In this document: piece by piece, positions 40,136 to 50,463 of the stretch | Layout: each line of letters opens with the position of its first letter | Numbering within the stretch: position 1 is the stretch's first letter | Assembly (NCBI GenBank): GCA_963649755.1 | Contig: CAVJJQ010000001.1 | Coordinates: 1-52,388 of the forward strand | Length of the DNA stretch: 52,388 nt | Origin: a bacterium | GTDB lineage: Bacteria > Bacillota > Clostridia > Lachnospirales > Lachnospiraceae | Direction of reading: 5' to 3' | Notes under the pieces: model-generated | The model's input: the letters and a program-made list of their open reading frames with translations, nothing else | Databases searched by the model: none | What the model was told of the DNA's origin: nothing | Program-made: the position numbers and the translations under genes

Positions 40136-41734
40136 CTAAAACTTATTCGGCTCTGCCTTGTACTCGAATAAATAGTTCTTATTCTCATCAAGCTTCCTCT
40201 CGGGGAAGTGGCATGCACAGAAGTGTCCGGGTTCAATCTCCGTTAAAGGAGGAGCCACACGCCTGCACTTATCCGTTGCCATGTAGCAGCGCGTACAGAA
40301 TTTACAACCCTCGGGAGGATTAACAGGGCTCGGAATGTTTCCTTCGAGGATGATTCTTTCTTTATCCGCGGAATCGGGATCCGTCGTGGGAATCGAAGAA
40401 AGAAGGGCAACCGTGTAAGGATGGCGCGGATCGTCGAAAATCGTCTTCTTGTCCGCAAGCTCCACGATATTTCCTAAATACATTACCACGATTCTGTCGG
40501 AAATAAACTTAACGACCGACAAATCGTGAGAAATAAACATGTAGGTAAGGTTCTGTTTTTCCTTAAGCTCCTGAAGCAGGTTAATGATCTGAGACTGAAT
40601 GGATACGTCAAGAGCGGATACGCATTCGTCGCATACCACGAACTTGGGCTTAACCGCCAAAGCTCTTGCTATACAGATACGCTGTCTCTGACCGCCCGAA
40701 AACTGGTGAGGATATCTGTGGAGCATGTACTCCTGAAGTCCGCACTTTTCCATCGTGTCCACGATGTACTCACGCATTTTGGCCGATCCATGCTTAAAGA
40801 AATGGTGTGTAACAAGACCTTCTTCAATAATCTGGCCCACCGTGAAACGGGGATTCAGTGAAGAGTAAGGATCCTGGAAGATAATCTGCAAGTCTTTCCT
40901 TAAGGCTCTCATTTCCCGGTAGGTAAGGCGTGCAAGGTCTATTCCGTCATCAAGCATATCTTCGTGCTTTTTAAACTCTTCATCGCCTGAGTACTGCTCT
41001 TTAATCTTTGAAAGCTTGTCCTTCAAAGCGCCGATGCTCTTTTCGTGTCCGTCAATTATGGCATCCAGTTCTTTAAGTTTACCTGAAAGCTTATCAGCCT
41101 TTTCCTTAGTGCCTTTGTCGTCAGTACCCTTTGAAATGAGGTGCTCTAAGTGCTCATACTCGACGTTAATAAGCTGTCTTTTTTCCTTTACTTTGTTTCG
41201 TTTTTCTTCTTCCTTGAAGATTTCAAGCAAGAGTCTTCTTCCCTCGGCATCGTCCCTTACGGTGAAGCCTCCGAGAATCTTTACAAGGTTGCTTAAAGCG
41301 GTTTGCTCCTCGCACTTTGCGATATTTAAATCCTGAAGGAGATAAAAGTCTGCTCCGTCCTCGCCACCGGCATCCGCTACCTTCTTTTCAAGTGTTGCCA
41401 CTTTGCTGCGTGCATGGGACAGTTTCTTTTCGTACTTTTTGTAATTTACGATGGTATCCTTCACATAGGAGGGAGTAAGCTCGCTTAAGGTCGTTCCGTA
41501 GTAAAGAGTGCAGCCTGCCGTCTGAGGGTAAAGCTGCAGTAAGACACGTCCGAGCGTGGACTTTCCGCATCCCGACTCTCCTACGACGCCTAAGGTTTCG
41601 CCTTCGTAAATATCTATCGTAATGTCTTCATTTGCCCTGACATAAAGCTGCTGCTTCTGAAAGATGGAGGACTTTGCAACAGGGAAGTACTTTTTTAAAT
41701 TAGTGATTGACAGTAATTTTTTTGTGTTCTGCAC
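40136..41734 (-). CDS. oppF: Oligopeptide ABC ATPase, OppF-like, with long helical insertion
   Basis: GESGCGKST, IFQDPYSSLNPR, FSGGQRQR, C-terminal PPEGCKFCTRC Fe-S motif. Confidence 0.88.
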   Translation of the reverse strand: MQNTKKLLSITNLKKYFPVAKSSIFQKQQLYVRANEDITIDIYEGETLGVVGESGCGKSTLGRVLLQLYPQTAGCTLYYGTTLSELTPSYVKDTIVNYKKYEKKLSHARSKVATLEKKVADAGGEDGADFYLLQDLNIAKCEEQTALSNLVKILGGFTVRDDAEGRRLLLEIFKEEEKRNKVKEKRQLINVEYEHLEHLISKGTDDKGTKEKADKLSGKLKELDAIIDGHEKSIGALKDKLSKIKEQYSGDEEFKKHEDMLDDGIDLARLTYREMRALRKDLQIIFQDPYSSLNPRFTVGQIIEEGLVTHHFFKHGSAKMREYIVDTMEKCGLQEYMLHRYPHQFSGGQRQRICIARALAVKPKFVVCDECVSALDVSIQSQIINLLQELKEKQNLTYMFISHDLSVVKFISDRIVVMYLGNIVELADKKTIFDDPRHPYTVALLSSIPTTDPDSADKERIILEGNIPSPVNPPEGCKFCTRCYMATDKCRRVAPPLTEIEPGHFCACHFPERKLDENKNYLFEYKAEPNKF

Positions 41735-42713
41735 TGTTTCTTTCCTCCTTTACAGGGTAGAAGCACCTGATCTTCTGGTTGTCGCTTACGGAAAGAAGCT
41801 CAGGTTCTTCATTTAAGCACTTCTCGGTACAATATTTGCATCTGGGCGCGAATTTGCAGCCCTTGGGAAGTGCAAGCGGGTGAGGTACGACACCGGGGAT
41901 AGGCTCAAGTCTTTCCGCATCGGTATCAAGCCTCGGAATTGAATTCATAAGGCCTTCCGTGTAAGGATGGCTCATGGTCTGCTTGTGGAAGATGACGTCC
42001 GAAGGCGCATGCTCTACGACCTGTCCGCAATACATAACGGCTACGTCATCCGCCATCTCGTTGATGACGCCTAAGTCATGGGTGATGAAAATAATCGAAG
42101 CATTTGTAGATGCCTTCAGATTGTTCATAAGCTTAAGAATCTGTGCCTGAATGGTAACGTCAAGGGCCGTCGTGGGCTCATCGGCAATTAAAATCTTCGG
42201 CTTGCATGCAAGTGCCATGGCAATCATGACTCTCTGACGCATACCTCCCGACAACTGGTGAGGATACTGCTTGACCACCACCTCGGGATTGGGAATCTGT
42301 ACGTCTTTTAGCATCTTAACCGCTTCAAGGTGTGCCTGCTTCTTAGTCATTCCCTGATGTATGATGAAAGGCTCGGACAACTGCCTCTCTATAGAAAAAA
42401 CGGGATTCAAGCTCGTCATGGGTTCCTGGAATATAACGGAAATCTCGTTTCCTCTGATCTTGCACATTTCGCTCTGCGAAAGCTTTGTAAGGTCACGGCC
42501 TTCAAGTAAGATTTCACCGCTCTCTATATAACCGTTTCCGTCAAGTAACTGCAAAATGCTCATCGCGCTTACTGATTTTCCGGACCCGGACTCTCCTACG
42601 ATACCGATTGTTTTTCCTGCTTCAAGGGAATAGGAAACACCGTTAACTGCCTTAACAATACCCTTTTTCGTAGTAAAGAAGGTATGTAAATCTTTAACTT
42701 CCAATAATGCCAT
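41700..42713 (-). CDS. oppD: Oligopeptide ABC ATPase, OppD-like
   Basis: GESGSGKS, FQEPMTSLNP, LSGGMRQR, DEPTTALD. Confidence 0.92.
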   Translation of the reverse strand: MALLEVKDLHTFFTTKKGIVKAVNGVSYSLEAGKTIGIVGESGSGKSVSAMSILQLLDGNGYIESGEILLEGRDLTKLSQSEMCKIRGNEISVIFQEPMTSLNPVFSIERQLSEPFIIHQGMTKKQAHLEAVKMLKDVQIPNPEVVVKQYPHQLSGGMRQRVMIAMALACKPKILIADEPTTALDVTIQAQILKLMNNLKASTNASIIFITHDLGVINEMADDVAVMYCGQVVEHAPSDVIFHKQTMSHPYTEGLMNSIPRLDTDAERLEPIPGVVPHPLALPKGCKFAPRCKYCTEKCLNEEPELLSVSDNQKIRCFYPVKEERNSAEHKKITVNH

Positions 42714-42727
42714 TTTACGTATCCCCC

Positions 42728-44716
42728 TTACTTTTCATTCGTGGACTTAGGGTCCATGACGTCACGAAGCGTATCGCCGATTGTATTGATACATACGGCC
42801 GTGAAGCACAAGATTACGGAAGTAAATACCCACTGCCACCAGAAGTTGATGGCTGCGGTCGCATTGCTGGCTCTTGTCAGCATGTTGCCCCATGAAGGCT
42901 GAGGGTACATAACACCGAAGCCAAGGAAGGAAAGTGAAGTTTCCGTCTGCATGGAAGCCGCAAAGCTTAAAGTAATATTTACCAAAATTACCGAGAATAC
43001 ATTCGGAAGTATATGCTTAAACGCAATTCTTGAGCTCTTAACACCCATTGCCTGAGCAGCCGTTACATACTCGGACTCTCTCGCAACAAGTATCTGGGCA
43101 CGGGTGATTGAAGCAAAGCCGGGCCAGCTCAAGACGCCGAGTACTACCATCATCATGAGTAACTTTTGATTCTGGCTGATGGCGGTCTGCGCAAGAAGTG
43201 AGTTCATGATCAGCATGAACGGATACAGAGGAAGTGAACTGAATACTTCCGCAATACGCATTAGAAGAATATCAACCCAGCCGCCTGCGTAACCTGAAAT
43301 GGTACCGATTGATACGCCCAAGATTACCTCAATGATAACGGCTATCAAACCGAAGGTCATGGTAACACGTCCGCCGGCTACAACTCTTTCAAAGATATCC
43401 GCACCGACATCGTCCGTACCGAACCAGAAGCCTTTAAGGCCCCAGGCCGTCATATAGTCGCCATTTGCGTCAACCGCATAGCTCTGGAAGCCGCCCGTGT
43501 AAATCTTTGCAACTCCCGTTAAACCTTCGGGTTCCTCTGCCTGATAGTAGTGGTCTCCGCCGAAGGAATAAACATTTCCGAGACTGGTAAGTACGGTATA
43601 GTGATAGTTTCCTGCCTGAATGTCAACAACGTACTCGCCGTCCTTGAAGGTAGGAACATCGATGCTGTCTGCGACAAAGTCACCTGCCAAAGCAATGGAT
43701 CCGTCATCAAGGAGCAGGCAAACGCTTGCCGTGGTTGCGGTCATCGATTCAATCTTACGTCCGTTTAAGAACGTAAACATCTTGGTGGTCTCGCCTGTAA
43801 GTGAAGTGCGGGCCATATCGTAAAGTCCGCGGGTTCCGGTGTAAACCGAATTTCTGTCGTCGGTAAGTCCGACTATATAGTTGAGGGTAAAGTCAATATC
43901 CTCGATATTGTCCTTGCCTATGAAGCTGTCCATATTGGGATAGGTCTGCTTGTTGCCCCATACGTAGACGGTGCCGTCATCCATCAGTAAGGCCGTAGCC
44001 TGATAGCCGCAGGTAAGCTTCTTGATATGCTCGACTTCAATTTCACCGTTTAATACGACGTCGGGTACACAGGCAATATTGGGATTTTCCAAAAGAGCAT
44101 CCGTAACGGCGTACTGTCCGAAACGGTTTGAACCCCAGCCGTAAAAGTTTCCGTCATAGTCGAAGGCAACCACATGGTCAACACCGGCTGCGACAATTGC
44201 GATATCAGCGTTCTGAACCTCTTCGGGGATATCCTTTACGTTTAAGCCGGTAGCTCCGATTTTCGAAGCTCCCCATACATAAACGTCACCCGAATTTGAA
44301 AGTCCCACGGAAAAAGAACCGTAGCTGTCGATTTCCTTAATATCGTTCTTTAATTCGTCCGGAACCGACATCATGGTGCGGTTCGGAGGGATGTTCTTTA
44401 ATGTGGTCTCCGTATATGAATCCGAATACTTCTCCATGAAGTTAGGAACAATGAAGACGATAAGGAACATAACGATTACGACAATAACCGAAACAACGGC
44501 AAATTTACGCTTGACAAAAGTATTGAACATCTGCCTTCCCGGGCTGATGATAAGGTCCGAATCGTCAGGAACGTTTTCTTTGGCTTCTGTCTCTTCTTTT
44601 TCTTTATCCTTGTTTAAAAACCACTTTTCCTCGTACTTTTGTCCCATGAACCAGCGCACGAACCAGCGTGCAAGGACTCTGAACGGATTTTCTTTTTTGT
44701 GACTAACTTTGCTCAT
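42728..44716 (-). CDS. oppC: ABC permease, OppC-like, with inserted RCC1-like repeats
   Basis: FGTDDVGADIF, EYVTAAQAMG EAA loop, PQPSWG; repeated G..H..A...DG.VY.WG units. Confidence 0.88.
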   Translation of the reverse strand: MSKVSHKKENPFRVLARWFVRWFMGQKYEEKWFLNKDKEKEETEAKENVPDDSDLIISPGRQMFNTFVKRKFAVVSVIVVIVMFLIVFIVPNFMEKYSDSYTETTLKNIPPNRTMMSVPDELKNDIKEIDSYGSFSVGLSNSGDVYVWGASKIGATGLNVKDIPEEVQNADIAIVAAGVDHVVAFDYDGNFYGWGSNRFGQYAVTDALLENPNIACVPDVVLNGEIEVEHIKKLTCGYQATALLMDDGTVYVWGNKQTYPNMDSFIGKDNIEDIDFTLNYIVGLTDDRNSVYTGTRGLYDMARTSLTGETTKMFTFLNGRKIESMTATTASVCLLLDDGSIALAGDFVADSIDVPTFKDGEYVVDIQAGNYHYTVLTSLGNVYSFGGDHYYQAEEPEGLTGVAKIYTGGFQSYAVDANGDYMTAWGLKGFWFGTDDVGADIFERVVAGGRVTMTFGLIAVIIEVILGVSIGTISGYAGGWVDILLMRIAEVFSSLPLYPFMLIMNSLLAQTAISQNQKLLMMMVVLGVLSWPGFASITRAQILVARESEYVTAAQAMGVKSSRIAFKHILPNVFSVILVNITLSFAASMQTETSLSFLGFGVMYPQPSWGNMLTRASNATAAINFWWQWVFTSVILCFTAVCINTIGDTLRDVMDPKSTNEK

Positions 44717-44727
44717 TTCCGCCCTCC

Positions 44728-45771
44728 TTACTTACTGATACGTACTCTCGGGTCAACAAGCCCGTAGCACAGGTCGATTACGATATTTGCAAAAAGTCCT
44801 ATGAATGTATAAAGAACCTGTAAAAACATTATCAGGTCATAGTCGGCGTTGAGTGTTGCGGAAAGAAGCATCTGTCCCATTCCTTTAAAGCCGAACATGG
44901 ACTCCATGATCATGGCGCCGGATATGATTCCGAAGAAGCCGCCTACGATGATGGAAACAAGCGGAACAAGGGCATTTCTCCATGCGTGTGAATAAATGAC
45001 CGCCTTTTCCCTAAGTCCCTTGGCGCGTGCCGTACGGATACAGTCAAGGCTAAGCGCATCTATCATTGAAGCACGCGTGATACGCGTAATACTTGCAAGA
45101 GATGAGAAAACAAGGCAGATGGTAGGAAGGGTAATGTGCCAGAGCACGTCCTTCGCATTAGCCCACCCGGTAAGCGTTGATCCGGGCGTCTTCATGCCGG
45201 ATACGGGGAACCACCCGAGTATTGAGCAGAAGAACACGATAAACAAAATGTAAATTATAAAGCTGGGGGTTGAAAAGCCGATAAGTGAGAACACCTGAAC
45301 GCCTCTGTCAAAGCGCGAGCCTTTTTTGACGGCACATTTGATTCCGAGAGGAATGGTGATTCCCAAGACGGCAATTTCGGAAACAAGGCCTATGAGCATT
45401 GAATTCCTGAGAGCCGGTCCCACGACATTCACAACGGGTGCGGCATACTGATAGGAATATCCGAAGTTGCCCTGGAAGATACCGTTTAACTTTCCGTCAT
45501 AGAAGGGAGCAAGACCGAGCCATCTTAAGTAAAGAACGACATTATTGTCCGTGTCCGTTCCGTACATACGCTGGTATTTAAGGTATAACTCGTCAAATTT
45601 GGTATCTCTCTCCGATGCGGAAATAGAATTTTTGATACTGTTGAGCTCTGTCTTTGCGTCAGTGTAGGCGCGGTTTGCAGGCATCAACTGATACAGATTG
45701 AAAAGAATGAATGTGAGCAGTATGAAAACCGCAAGCATATAGAAGCATCTTTTTGCAACGTACCTTCCCAT
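44728..45771 (-). CDS. oppB: ABC permease, OppB-like
   Basis: GNFGYS, HITLP, RTARAKGL, HAWRNA, LVDPRV; start at MGRYV (45771). Confidence 0.92.
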   Translation of the reverse strand: MGRYVAKRCFYMLAVFILLTFILFNLYQLMPANRAYTDAKTELNSIKNSISASERDTKFDELYLKYQRMYGTDTDNNVVLYLRWLGLAPFYDGKLNGIFQGNFGYSYQYAAPVVNVVGPALRNSMLIGLVSEIAVLGITIPLGIKCAVKKGSRFDRGVQVFSLIGFSTPSFIIYILFIVFFCSILGWFPVSGMKTPGSTLTGWANAKDVLWHITLPTICLVFSSLASITRITRASMIDALSLDCIRTARAKGLREKAVIYSHAWRNALVPLVSIIVGGFFGIISGAMIMESMFGFKGMGQMLLSATLNADYDLIMFLQVLYTFIGLFANIVIDLCYGLVDPRVRISK

Positions 45772-45808
45772 TGGTGTTACCTCTTTCAGATTTTTTATGA
45801 AAACGGAG

Positions 45809-45906
45809 TATAGGATTAGGGTATAGAAAGAAAGCCTTTTTTCTTTCAACACCTTAATCCTATAAAATCGGAGCCCGGAGGGCAAACGCCCTCTCCGGAA
45901 CTCCGA
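45809..45906 (-). promoter_or_regulatory. Intercistronic stem-loops after the binding-protein gene
   Basis: TATAGGATTAGGGT/ACCTTAATCCTATA and CGGAG.CCGGAG/CTCCGG..CTCCG hairpins between oppA and oppB. Confidence 0.55.
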
Positions 45907-45914
45907 AAAACTAT

Positions 45915-48179
45915 TTACTTGTTAAGCCAGTAAACATCAGCATAGTCCTTGATGTAGTAGTTCGAATAATCGGAATACATTGAAGGATCGATTGTGTTGT
46001 AGTAAGCATAATCGTAAACTGCTGAGTTAAATCCTGTTGCAAAGTTGAATGCACAGTACATAGGTGAACCTGAATAGTAACCGTAAACAGCTGCCTGATA
46101 AAGCTCGTCAAGCATGGGTGCGAAATCACCTGAGGTGTTGTAAACAACCATACCTGCTGCGGTTATGTTTTCATTTTCCTTTAAACCGGTCTGAAGCAAA
46201 TCGGTAAACTCGTTGTTGGTAGTGCCATACCAGTTGATTACAAGAGGCATGTAGCAGTAGTCACCGATTTCAACGGTCTTGTAAGTACCGTCAACTGACT
46301 GATAGTTCTTGTCGTTGTCTGAAATGATAGAAGTAGGAATTCTCTTATAACGTACGCCTTCGGTATACTCAGAACCGTCTGCTGCATAGGTCCAGCCGTT
46401 CTCTTCGAGAACTGCGATAGCTGAGTCAACTGAGGTTGCATATGCGTTAAGGGTCATACCCTGTTCAACAGCCTTCTCATACATCCAGGAACCTGTGTAG
46501 TAAGGTCCGTCAACAACACCGCCGTAACCGCCTGTGAAGTCCTTTGCGAACTGTCCGCGGTTCATGCAGTATGCAATTGCCTGACGTACTTCGGTAAACT
46601 GAACCGGGCCGTAGTCAGCACGGAACTGAAGCTTACCATAGCCTGCACGGCTGTAGTGAATGTAAGCTGCCTTGCCGTCTGAAGAATCTGCATAAGCCAA
46701 AGCTTCATCGGTAGCTGCACCGCCTGTGATTCCTGCAAGAACATCGATACCGCCTGCCTTGAAGTCTTCAAGCTGGGTATCTGAAACAATCTTCTTGTAG
46801 GTAATCTTCTCGATTGAAGGAACTACTCCTTCATAGTTTCCTGCAAAGTACTCGTTCTTTGTAAGAACTGCACTTGAGTCTGTCTCGTCAAATGATACTA
46901 CGCAGTAAGGGCCTGAATAAGGATACTTTGCGTAAACATCTGCGCTTGTTGAGGTGCAAGCCTCTTCAATCTGGTCTGCTACAACGTAGCTTCCGTCATC
47001 GTTCTTTGCATAGAAAGAATCTGAAAGGTAACATCCGTCACCGTCATCAAGAATCTCTGCATCGCCAAGGAACATGGGTGCATAGTATGCTGAGAATGAT
47101 GCATAGGTAATGTCATAGAAGTAAGGAATGTAGTCTGCTCCGATTGTTACAGAGAAGGTGTAATCATCAATCTTGTGAAGACCTGCAAATACCTTGGTGC
47201 CTTCTGTTGAATCGGGACCTGTGTATGCAAGGTAATCAGCCTGTCCTAATACAGAAAGGGACTGAACCTGATAGCCTGATGCTTCTGTAGCAACTACGGT
47301 ATTGAATGCCATAGGGAATGCAAGATAGTCATCAGCTGTTACTTCGCTGCCATCGGAGAACTTAAGTCCTTCCTTGATGGTGATTGTGAAGGTCTTGGAA
47401 CCGTCATCGTTAACAACTTCGTCGTGAGAAGCTACAACAGTATCGTTCCAGGCATATCCGCCTTCTTTTGTCTTTGCAACGGTGTCAAGTCCGGTTGTAA
47501 GAGTCTGAACATCAAGATCGGATGCGCCGGGGTTGGATGAACCGAAGCTTGAATAACGGAACTTACCGCTAAGCTCGGTTACGGAACCGATAATGATATC
47601 ATTGTCTGCCTTAGATGAAGTCCAGTCGATCAAAGCATCTGCGGGATCCCAGTAAGGGTTTGTGGGATGCTCTTCAACTCCGCCGATTTCGGTGTTGTAA
47701 ACATCGTAGTACTCATTTGAGTAAAGCGGAACTTCGGGCATTAAGTAGTTCCAACGGGTGATGTAAAGTCTCCACCATGCTGCATAAACATCATCGGTGG
47801 TCTCATACTCACCTGCGGGCTCGTCATTGTAAACCATTGCCATTGAAAGGAAGTCAAGACCTAAAAGATGCTGCTCCCCGTCAACTGTGATGTAAGCAAA
47901 TCCTGTATCGGGATCCTCTGTTACATCAGCGATTGTAATGTCCTTACCAACTGCTTCATAAAGAGAAGTATAGTCAGTTCCATACTCCTTGCTTGAAAGG
48001 GACATTACGTCAAACTCGTCGCACCAATATTCATCAGCGGGATCGGTAACAGTTTCCGAAACGCTTGAATCAGTGCTCTCACTTACGCTTGCGGTAGTGT
48101 CTCCGCAGGCAGTAAGCATGCCTGCAGTCATTGCCAAAGCAAGTACAGCTGCAAGGCTTTTCTTCATTGCCTTTTTCAT
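45915..48179 (-). CDS. oppA: Family 5 ABC substrate-binding lipoprotein, OppA-like
   Basis: Lipobox LTAC, TFTITIKEGLKFSDGSEVTADD, YSGPY, EVRQAIAYCMNR; start at MKKAMKK (48179) with RBS GGAGG. Confidence 0.88.
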   Translation of the reverse strand: MKKAMKKSLAAVLALAMTAGMLTACGDTTASVSESTDSSVSETVTDPADEYWCDEFDVMSLSSKEYGTDYTSLYEAVGKDITIADVTEDPDTGFAYITVDGEQHLLGLDFLSMAMVYNDEPAGEYETTDDVYAAWWRLYITRWNYLMPEVPLYSNEYYDVYNTEIGGVEEHPTNPYWDPADALIDWTSSKADNDIIIGSVTELSGKFRYSSFGSSNPGASDLDVQTLTTGLDTVAKTKEGGYAWNDTVVASHDEVVNDDGSKTFTITIKEGLKFSDGSEVTADDYLAFPMAFNTVVATEASGYQVQSLSVLGQADYLAYTGPDSTEGTKVFAGLHKIDDYTFSVTIGADYIPYFYDITYASFSAYYAPMFLGDAEILDDGDGCYLSDSFYAKNDDGSYVVADQIEEACTSTSADVYAKYPYSGPYCVVSFDETDSSAVLTKNEYFAGNYEGVVPSIEKITYKKIVSDTQLEDFKAGGIDVLAGITGGAATDEALAYADSSDGKAAYIHYSRAGYGKLQFRADYGPVQFTEVRQAIAYCMNRGQFAKDFTGGYGGVVDGPYYTGSWMYEKAVEQGMTLNAYATSVDSAIAVLEENGWTYAADGSEYTEGVRYKRIPTSIISDNDKNYQSVDGTYKTVEIGDYCYMPLVINWYGTTNNEFTDLLQTGLKENENITAAGMVVYNTSGDFAPMLDELYQAAVYGYYSGSPMYCAFNFATGFNSAVYDYAYYNTIDPSMYSDYSNYYIKDYADVYWLNK

Positions 48180-48352
48180 AATTATCCTCCCTTGAAAAAG
48201 ATTTGGCATCTGCCATGGATTTAATTAAAAACGTCTAAGTCTTAAAGCTTTATCACTACACTTGATTAAAACGATAAAGTTTAAGACTATATGGAAAAAG
48301 GGGGCACTACAATAGTATGTCCCCTCTTTGGCACGTCCTTAACTATTTGAAC

Positions 48353-48381
48353 ATAATAATGAAATGTTTTTAAAATGTCAA
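48353..48381 (-). promoter_or_regulatory. SigA promoter upstream of the opp operon
   Basis: TTGACA-17-TATTAT. Confidence 0.7.
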
Positions 48382-48394
48382 GATGAATTGCGAT

Positions 48395-50434
48395 TTATTC
48401 TTTATTTCTTTTTATGAGGAGATATCCGTACTTCGGTATCTTTACCTTACCCTTAAGCTTTTCGCCGGTAAGTATATTTACGGCTTCTTCCTTGAAGGCA
48501 ACACTTCTTTCGTCGCTCATGTAGTTCAGTAAAAAGAACACGTCTCCCCTCTTTGCAAGTTCAATCCTCTCGTCAGCCTTTATGAAATCCTTATAGGGGT
48601 TCTTGACGCCCGTAAGCTTTGTGAAGTAATTTACTGCAGCCTCGTTGAATACGGATCCATAATAGTAAACCTTTCCTTTTCCGTATTCGTGTGCTGTCAT
48701 GGCGATATCGCCTTCGTAGTAATCACTTCCGTATCGACCGATTGCGTTTGCCTTCGAGTCTTCGGAAAGCCTGTCTGTGAAAAGTTCTGCTTTCAGGGTT
48801 TCTTTATCCGTCAGAACATCGACTCCGTCCATATCAGGCACTATAAATGAATATTCCTTTACATCCGCACCGGACAAATCTTTAAACTCGCCGGGAAGAA
48901 TGTCCGTCACGCACCTTCCGTTTAAGTCTTTCTGGCCGGACCTGGCTCCGAGTATCAGTATTCCTCCGTTTTTAACGTATTCTGAAAGCTTCCCAACTCT
49001 TTCTTTATCCGTGATAAGGGGATGAGGATAAAACAAAACTTTGTATTTATCCAAACCGTACGATTCCCCACCATCGTAAAAATAAACATAGTCAAATGGT
49101 GTGTGTGACTTCTGAAGCGCCGTAAACAAAGCATTTTCGCTTGCCTCTTCAAACGAAGCATGCCACTTATCAATCTCCGAATCAAAGTTATTGTCGTAAT
49201 CCCTTAAGATACCGACTTTAGCCTTGTATTCCTTGCCTGCAATTTCCTTAAGCTTTCCTGTGAGAGCTCCGATTTTTGCAACTTCCTTTAAACGTTCATT
49301 GTCCCTGCCGGAATAATCAAGAATTCCGTGCCAGTACATTTCCGTTCCGAAGGCTGCCGTGCGCCATCTGAAGTAGCTCACGTAATCTGCTCCGTGAGCG
49401 ATACTCTGCATGGTCCAAAGGGCGATCTGACCGGGACGCGGATTTGAAACGCCGGGCCAGATATTCCAGCCGTTTGCACCGGTCTGCTGCTCCATAATGC
49501 CGAATATATGCGAAATGCTTCTTGCTTCCGAAAGATTCTTACTCCACCACCTGTCCTTGAACTCTTCTTTAAAATGCTTCTCACCTACACGGTTAGGGAA
49601 GTTCGGATAGGAATCGTAGGTGTAGAAATCAAGGCTCTCCTTTGTCATTGCGTGATTGTCAAGGTGACCGAAAAGACCATTTGTGGTGATGAAATCGTCG
49701 GGCTTTATGTATTTTCTAAGGATATCCGACTGCTCCTTTAAAAAGCTTCTCGCACTGTCAGATATGAACCTGTAATAATCAAGCATCTGATGAGGATTCT
49801 GCGCTGTATTCACTGTCGGTCTCGGAACGAAGATTTCATCAAAATCGGTGTAGGTCTGATTCCAAAAGTCGGTTCCCCAGGCCGCATTTAATGCATCCAA
49901 ATCTGCATATTTATGCATGAGCCATTCTCTGAAAGCAAGCGTGTCGCTTTCGGAATAGAAGACGTTCGTTTCGCAGTTTATCTCATTGTCAAGCTGCCAG
50001 CCGATTATACATTTCCTTTTTGCATAGTGCTCGGCAAGCTTTTCCGTAATGATGCGGGATTTTTCCCTGTAAATCTTCGAATTGTAATTGTAATGTCTGC
50101 GCGAGCCGTGCCTAAAGAGATTTCCGTTGATGTCGCAGTTTAATACGTCCGGATATTTCTTTGTAAGCCAAGCGGGAGGCGTTGCGGTAGGGGTTCCGAA
50201 GATTACCTTCATGCCCTTTTCATCGCACAAATCCAAAAACTCATCAAAGAAAGAATAATCAAACTTGCCCTCGGAAGGCTCCGTCTTATTCCAGGCAAAC
50301 TCGGCAATCCTTATTACCGTAATGCCTGCCTTTAACATTCTGTCAAGGTCCGATGTCCAAAGAGCCTTATCCCACTGCTCGGGATAATAGCAGGTGCCAA
50401 GCCTTATGTCTTTACAGTTTAAAATGTGTTTCAT
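48395..50434 (-). CDS. GH42 beta-galactosidase
   Basis: YYPEQW, IRIAEFAW, TPTATPPAW, WQLDNE (acid/base), IMEQQ (nucleophile), YFRWR; start at MKHIL (50434). Confidence 0.95.
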   Translation of the reverse strand: MKHILNCKDIRLGTCYYPEQWDKALWTSDLDRMLKAGITVIRIAEFAWNKTEPSEGKFDYSFFDEFLDLCDEKGMKVIFGTPTATPPAWLTKKYPDVLNCDINGNLFRHGSRRHYNYNSKIYREKSRIITEKLAEHYAKRKCIIGWQLDNEINCETNVFYSESDTLAFREWLMHKYADLDALNAAWGTDFWNQTYTDFDEIFVPRPTVNTAQNPHQMLDYYRFISDSARSFLKEQSDILRKYIKPDDFITTNGLFGHLDNHAMTKESLDFYTYDSYPNFPNRVGEKHFKEEFKDRWWSKNLSEARSISHIFGIMEQQTGANGWNIWPGVSNPRPGQIALWTMQSIAHGADYVSYFRWRTAAFGTEMYWHGILDYSGRDNERLKEVAKIGALTGKLKEIAGKEYKAKVGILRDYDNNFDSEIDKWHASFEEASENALFTALQKSHTPFDYVYFYDGGESYGLDKYKVLFYPHPLITDKERVGKLSEYVKNGGILILGARSGQKDLNGRCVTDILPGEFKDLSGADVKEYSFIVPDMDGVDVLTDKETLKAELFTDRLSEDSKANAIGRYGSDYYEGDIAMTAHEYGKGKVYYYGSVFNEAAVNYFTKLTGVKNPYKDFIKADERIELAKRGDVFFLLNYMSDERSVAFKEEAVNILTGEKLKGKVKIPKYGYLLIKRNKE

Positions 50435-50463
50435 ATGTACCCTCCGTGAGTTTCTTCTTATAT

